NCBI RefSeq assembly: GCF_009914755.1
Contig: NC_060925.1
Strand: one strand, 5' to 3'
DNA from: the human T2T-CHM13v2.0 reference genome, Homo sapiens
DNA: 64,000 nt
The position numbers and the translations under genes are program-made. Positions 60,471 to 64,000 of the stretch are shown here, piece after piece (position 1 is the stretch's first letter; every line of letters starts with the position of its first letter). A model generated the notes under the pieces. That model was not told the DNA's origin. It did not search any database and saw only the letters and a program-made list of their open reading frames with translations.

Positions 60471-61134
60471 TGTCTATGGGGATTAAGTGCCCATAGTGTT
60501 TCCATCTGTAATACCTCCAAGCAGTTTTTAATCTTATTTTATTCAGCTTCCTCATTATTTTCAGTGAAAAGTTGGGTCTACCACAAGCTATTTTATTTTG
60601 ATTAGAAGCATAAATAGTTGTCTGATTTTGTTTTAAGGTAATTTTTTTATTGCTAACTGTTGTAGCACTTTCATTTTATTCTCAGTCTGCTATACCTTCT
60701 CTTTCTGGAATACGTATTTCATTAATATTGCATTTCTAGGATTTAGTTTTTTTGTCATCAATCTTGATAGGGCACTTTATTTATTATTTTTTGAGCTTTA
60801 TGATACTTTCTGAAGTCAAAATTCTAACTCTCTAGTTTAGTTTTCTGGAGCATTCCATTTTCTTCTTCTTCCATTGCATTTTTATATTCTGTAATGTCTT
60901 TTATTATCACTAACTTTGCCATCACAAACTAATTTATTTCATGTATTAATAGTAAAAGTTCTCTATGATTTCATCATATATTTAAAATTATTTTTGTGAC
61001 TCTTGCTTAGAGTGATTAATGGCTAAAGATTTGGTATTATTAACAGAACATTTTCATTTTAAAAATTACATTAGCCTGTGTCCAAAGGTGCATCATGTAC
61101 CTGAAAATGCACTTTTCCATTTCCATGTAGTTTT

Positions 61135-61138
<4 letters not shown>

Positions 61139-61170
<32 letters not shown>
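61139..61170. repeat. (CA)n microsatellite
   Basis: directly visible, about 16 units. Confidence 0.95.
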
Positions 61171-61172
<2 letters not shown>

Positions 61173-61954
61173 TCTCCAAATGACAAATGCTAAATACACA
61201 CACAAACACACACATATATGTACAAAGCATTTGGGAAGGTGTTTAGGGGATATAAATACCCTCAAAACAAGCAAAAAGAATATATAGACATTAAAACCTG
61301 ATTGGTCACTTCTTTCCAAAATCATGTTTTCAACTGATCACGAAAAAGAGTTGTAGATCTTAATCTCCTGATGAAAATGTCTCAAGAGTTTTATGCAATA
61401 TAGAATGTATCATGTTTTAACATTTTTCAAACTAATGTTTGCTGGTTAGAAATATAGTATGTTGTGCACATGAATTCTCCTTGGTTTTCTCCTTTTGGTT
61501 TGATTTACAATCTTTTAAAGAATGCAGATATAACGGATTTACCTTTTTATAGATTATTGGGATTTTCAGGAGCAAGTTACCCTTGAGTTTATCTTCTAAT
61601 CATATGTTGAGAGGTTAGAGCATGAAGTAAGCAAACACCTCTCTGGCTCATAAATATGCTTTTGAGAGGAGAAAGCACAAATTGCTACACCCTACCTCTT
61701 TTGGGGTTCTGTTTAAAGAACTAAACTAATGAGTACATCCCTAAGGTCACTATAAATGTTGATGGCTTTTATTCAGATATATACCAATATCACCTCCAAA
61801 ACTATATTTTTAATTAGGCTAATTTTCTGTTTGCTAATTCTTATAGAAGAACTATTCTGGTTGAATTATATAAGACATTGTGAATACCTCCTGTAAATCT
61901 TTTAGTCACAGAAGGGGAAGAAACAAGTTTCTTCTTCCTCTCTCCCTCCCCCTT

Positions 61955-61979
61955 TCTCTCTCTCTCTCTCTCTCTCTCT
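61955..61979. repeat. (CT)n microsatellite
   Basis: directly visible. Confidence 0.9.
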
Positions 61980-63915
61980 GGGCTAAATTGTTTGGCTACT
62001 ATGCATGCAGGTACTTGTGAGGACAGTTCCTAAAGGTGTCCACTGGGGTAAAAGTTGCCCTCTATGGTCTCTCTATGGATTCTCCAGCACCCCTGGTCCA
62101 TCCTCTTCTTCAACTCACGTTGCTGGAAACCTGGGAATGATAATACAGCAAGTTCAAATTCCCATGAGAAAATAATATGTTTCCTGAGGAGGCCACCATT
62201 AAGCCATGAAATGCAACCTTTAGTCAAGTACAAGTCTTTTGGTGTAAGTTTTTGTTTTCTTTATTTATAATTAGTATGAACCATGTTTAAAATGATTGGG
62301 AAGGAAACAGGTTAAAATGTCATATGGGATTGAAAGACCATCTCCCCTTTCTTAGCTGCTTTTAACAGCAGTATTTTAATTTTAATGGTTTCCTTGTTAG
62401 ATTAGAGCTCTAATTCATTTAGAAAAATGTATATAGTCAAAGTATATGATGAAGAATCACCAATGTGCATTTTTTTCTCTGTTGGCTATGGGAACCTAAA
62501 CCAGAACTATTGAAGTTAGGGTAGCCCAGCTTTACATAGCATGTGATCCACCAGGTGAAGACCAGGGAACAAATATTTAGGTAAGCAACTTTCTCACCTA
62601 ACATGCTAGAAATATTTCAGATATTCATAAATTTCACCTCCCCATCCCTACCTTTCAATTGTTCTCAGTTTGGAATTTCCAACACCTACTGAAAAGATTA
62701 CTTCAAATTTTCTACTAAATAGGCCCTTCCCTTGCCTCTATTGTATTCCTTTGAATTTTATTTTATCTGCACTATGTCTTCAGGAAACCATTTGGATTTT
62801 GTCTATTGAAGTCACTCTTTTCTGTTTGTCAGGATTTATATAGGTTTTTAGGGGTTTTTTTTAGGGGAAGTAATGTGATACATGTTGGAAAGGGTAGTTT
62901 TATGTTTTCTCTGTGTTCACATGTTGATATGACCACTGCTGGACCACTCAATAAAAAATGAGAATCATTATTATCTTTTCTAGGTTTAAAGCCTTTAAGA
63001 AGTTTATATGATCTAGGGTTTGGTCATTTTATTGGATTCGTTAAAGAAGAAAATTAAAACATGAGATAAAATCACTATCTTCATTTCAAAATTTTACTGT
63101 ATTTTTTAAAGATAATTATAATAATTGTGCATAAATAATTATAGAAAATGAAATTAAGGCAATGTTAGTAAATATGGAAAGAAGAGGAAAGTTTTTAAAT
63201 TTATTAGTCAAAAAGCTAAATGAATCATCTGTGTTTTTGACACTACCATTTAGTGAATACACCAAATATTTTTTACTGTAAATAAAGAAAGTGAAGATGT
63301 TTAACCTTGGAAAAGGCAAACAATAACTAAAATTGATATTTGTGGAAACCAAAGTATATTACTGTAAATAGTATCTTATCTTGTAGTTTTCTTTTAAACA
63401 TGTGTGGCAGTACTAATAATCTAATCTTACTAAACATGTAATTATTCTAATGAATAGGTAACTACATAACTAAAAATAAAGATATAACTTAATTAAATGT
63501 TGTTTGGGCTTTTTCTTAGATCTCTATTTCTGGAAAACCCCAATGAGGTAATCCATGACTCATAATTAAACAAAAAAACTTTTCTAAGATGTGTTACCTA
63601 AATAGACACATACTACCACAGAGCACATTGTCAGCTTCTGAAGCTCAAGCTCTGTAGTTCTAACCCTCTAAAGTGGCAAACAAATTTTCTTTAACCACAG
63701 CATTTCAGAAGAAAGAAACTACAGTTATTCAGCCACATAATAAGGTTCCTCATGATATGCACAGCAACTTTTATAACGATGACACAGAGAGTATAAATAT
63801 TTTTCTAGGTATAGGGAAAATAATTAGGATGACAGAAATTTCAGTGTGACAAAGCACTAGGTATAGAGTAATCTCATGTTCTAATATGTTAGACAAACAT
63901 TAAAGCAATGGAAAG

Positions 63916-64000
63916 GGCCAGATGCGGTGGCTCACAGCTGTAATCCCAGCATTTTGGGAGGCAGAGGAGTTTGGATCACCTAAGGTCAGGAGTTCAAGAC
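63916..64000 (+). mobile_element. Alu 5' end (runs off the window)
   Basis: ggccagatgcggtggctcacagctgtaatcccagca. Confidence 0.9.

Noticed and set aside
57000-63900. Further gene or RNA gene in the right-hand AT-rich region
   Set aside because: I could identify only old L1-like fragments, simple repeats and short low-complexity ORFs; no OR motifs or tRNA/snRNA signatures were seen.

Overview
Human genomic DNA, recognised from the translated exons as the SPTA1/OR6K region of chr1q23.1. Bases 1-33.9 kb hold the 5' part of erythroid alpha-spectrin SPTA1 on the minus strand. I placed coding exons 1-22 by GT-AG boundaries and reading-frame continuity (codons 1-~1063, ending in the SH3 domain; the gene continues left of the window). 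Its promoter carries NF-E2 and GATA motifs. Further right lie a disrupted olfactory receptor pseudogene (OR6K1P, ~41.6-42.5 kb) and an intact olfactory receptor ORF (OR6K2, 46759-47733), both on the minus strand. The rest is AT-rich and full of repeats (Alu, L1, ERVL/MLT, DNA transposon remnants). I see no convincing new protein-coding gene. The most interesting signals are: (i) unproductive splice signals in SPTA1, including an 80-nt stop-containing cryptic exon in intron 20, a strong alternative acceptor 71 nt upstream of exon 19, and donor-like motifs 25-62 nt upstream of five acceptors; (ii) a ~180-bp GATA-containing segment copied into an L1 upstream of the SPTA1 promoter; (iii) palindromic template-switch-like duplications in introns 2 and 16; and (iv) unusual retroelement structures: a 5'-inverted L1 nested in another 5'-inverted L1, a three-armed Alu with a perfect 138-bp duplication, an AluYb8, and an internally deleted ERVL. 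Repeat subfamily names come from my memory of consensus sequences, and their boundaries are approximate.
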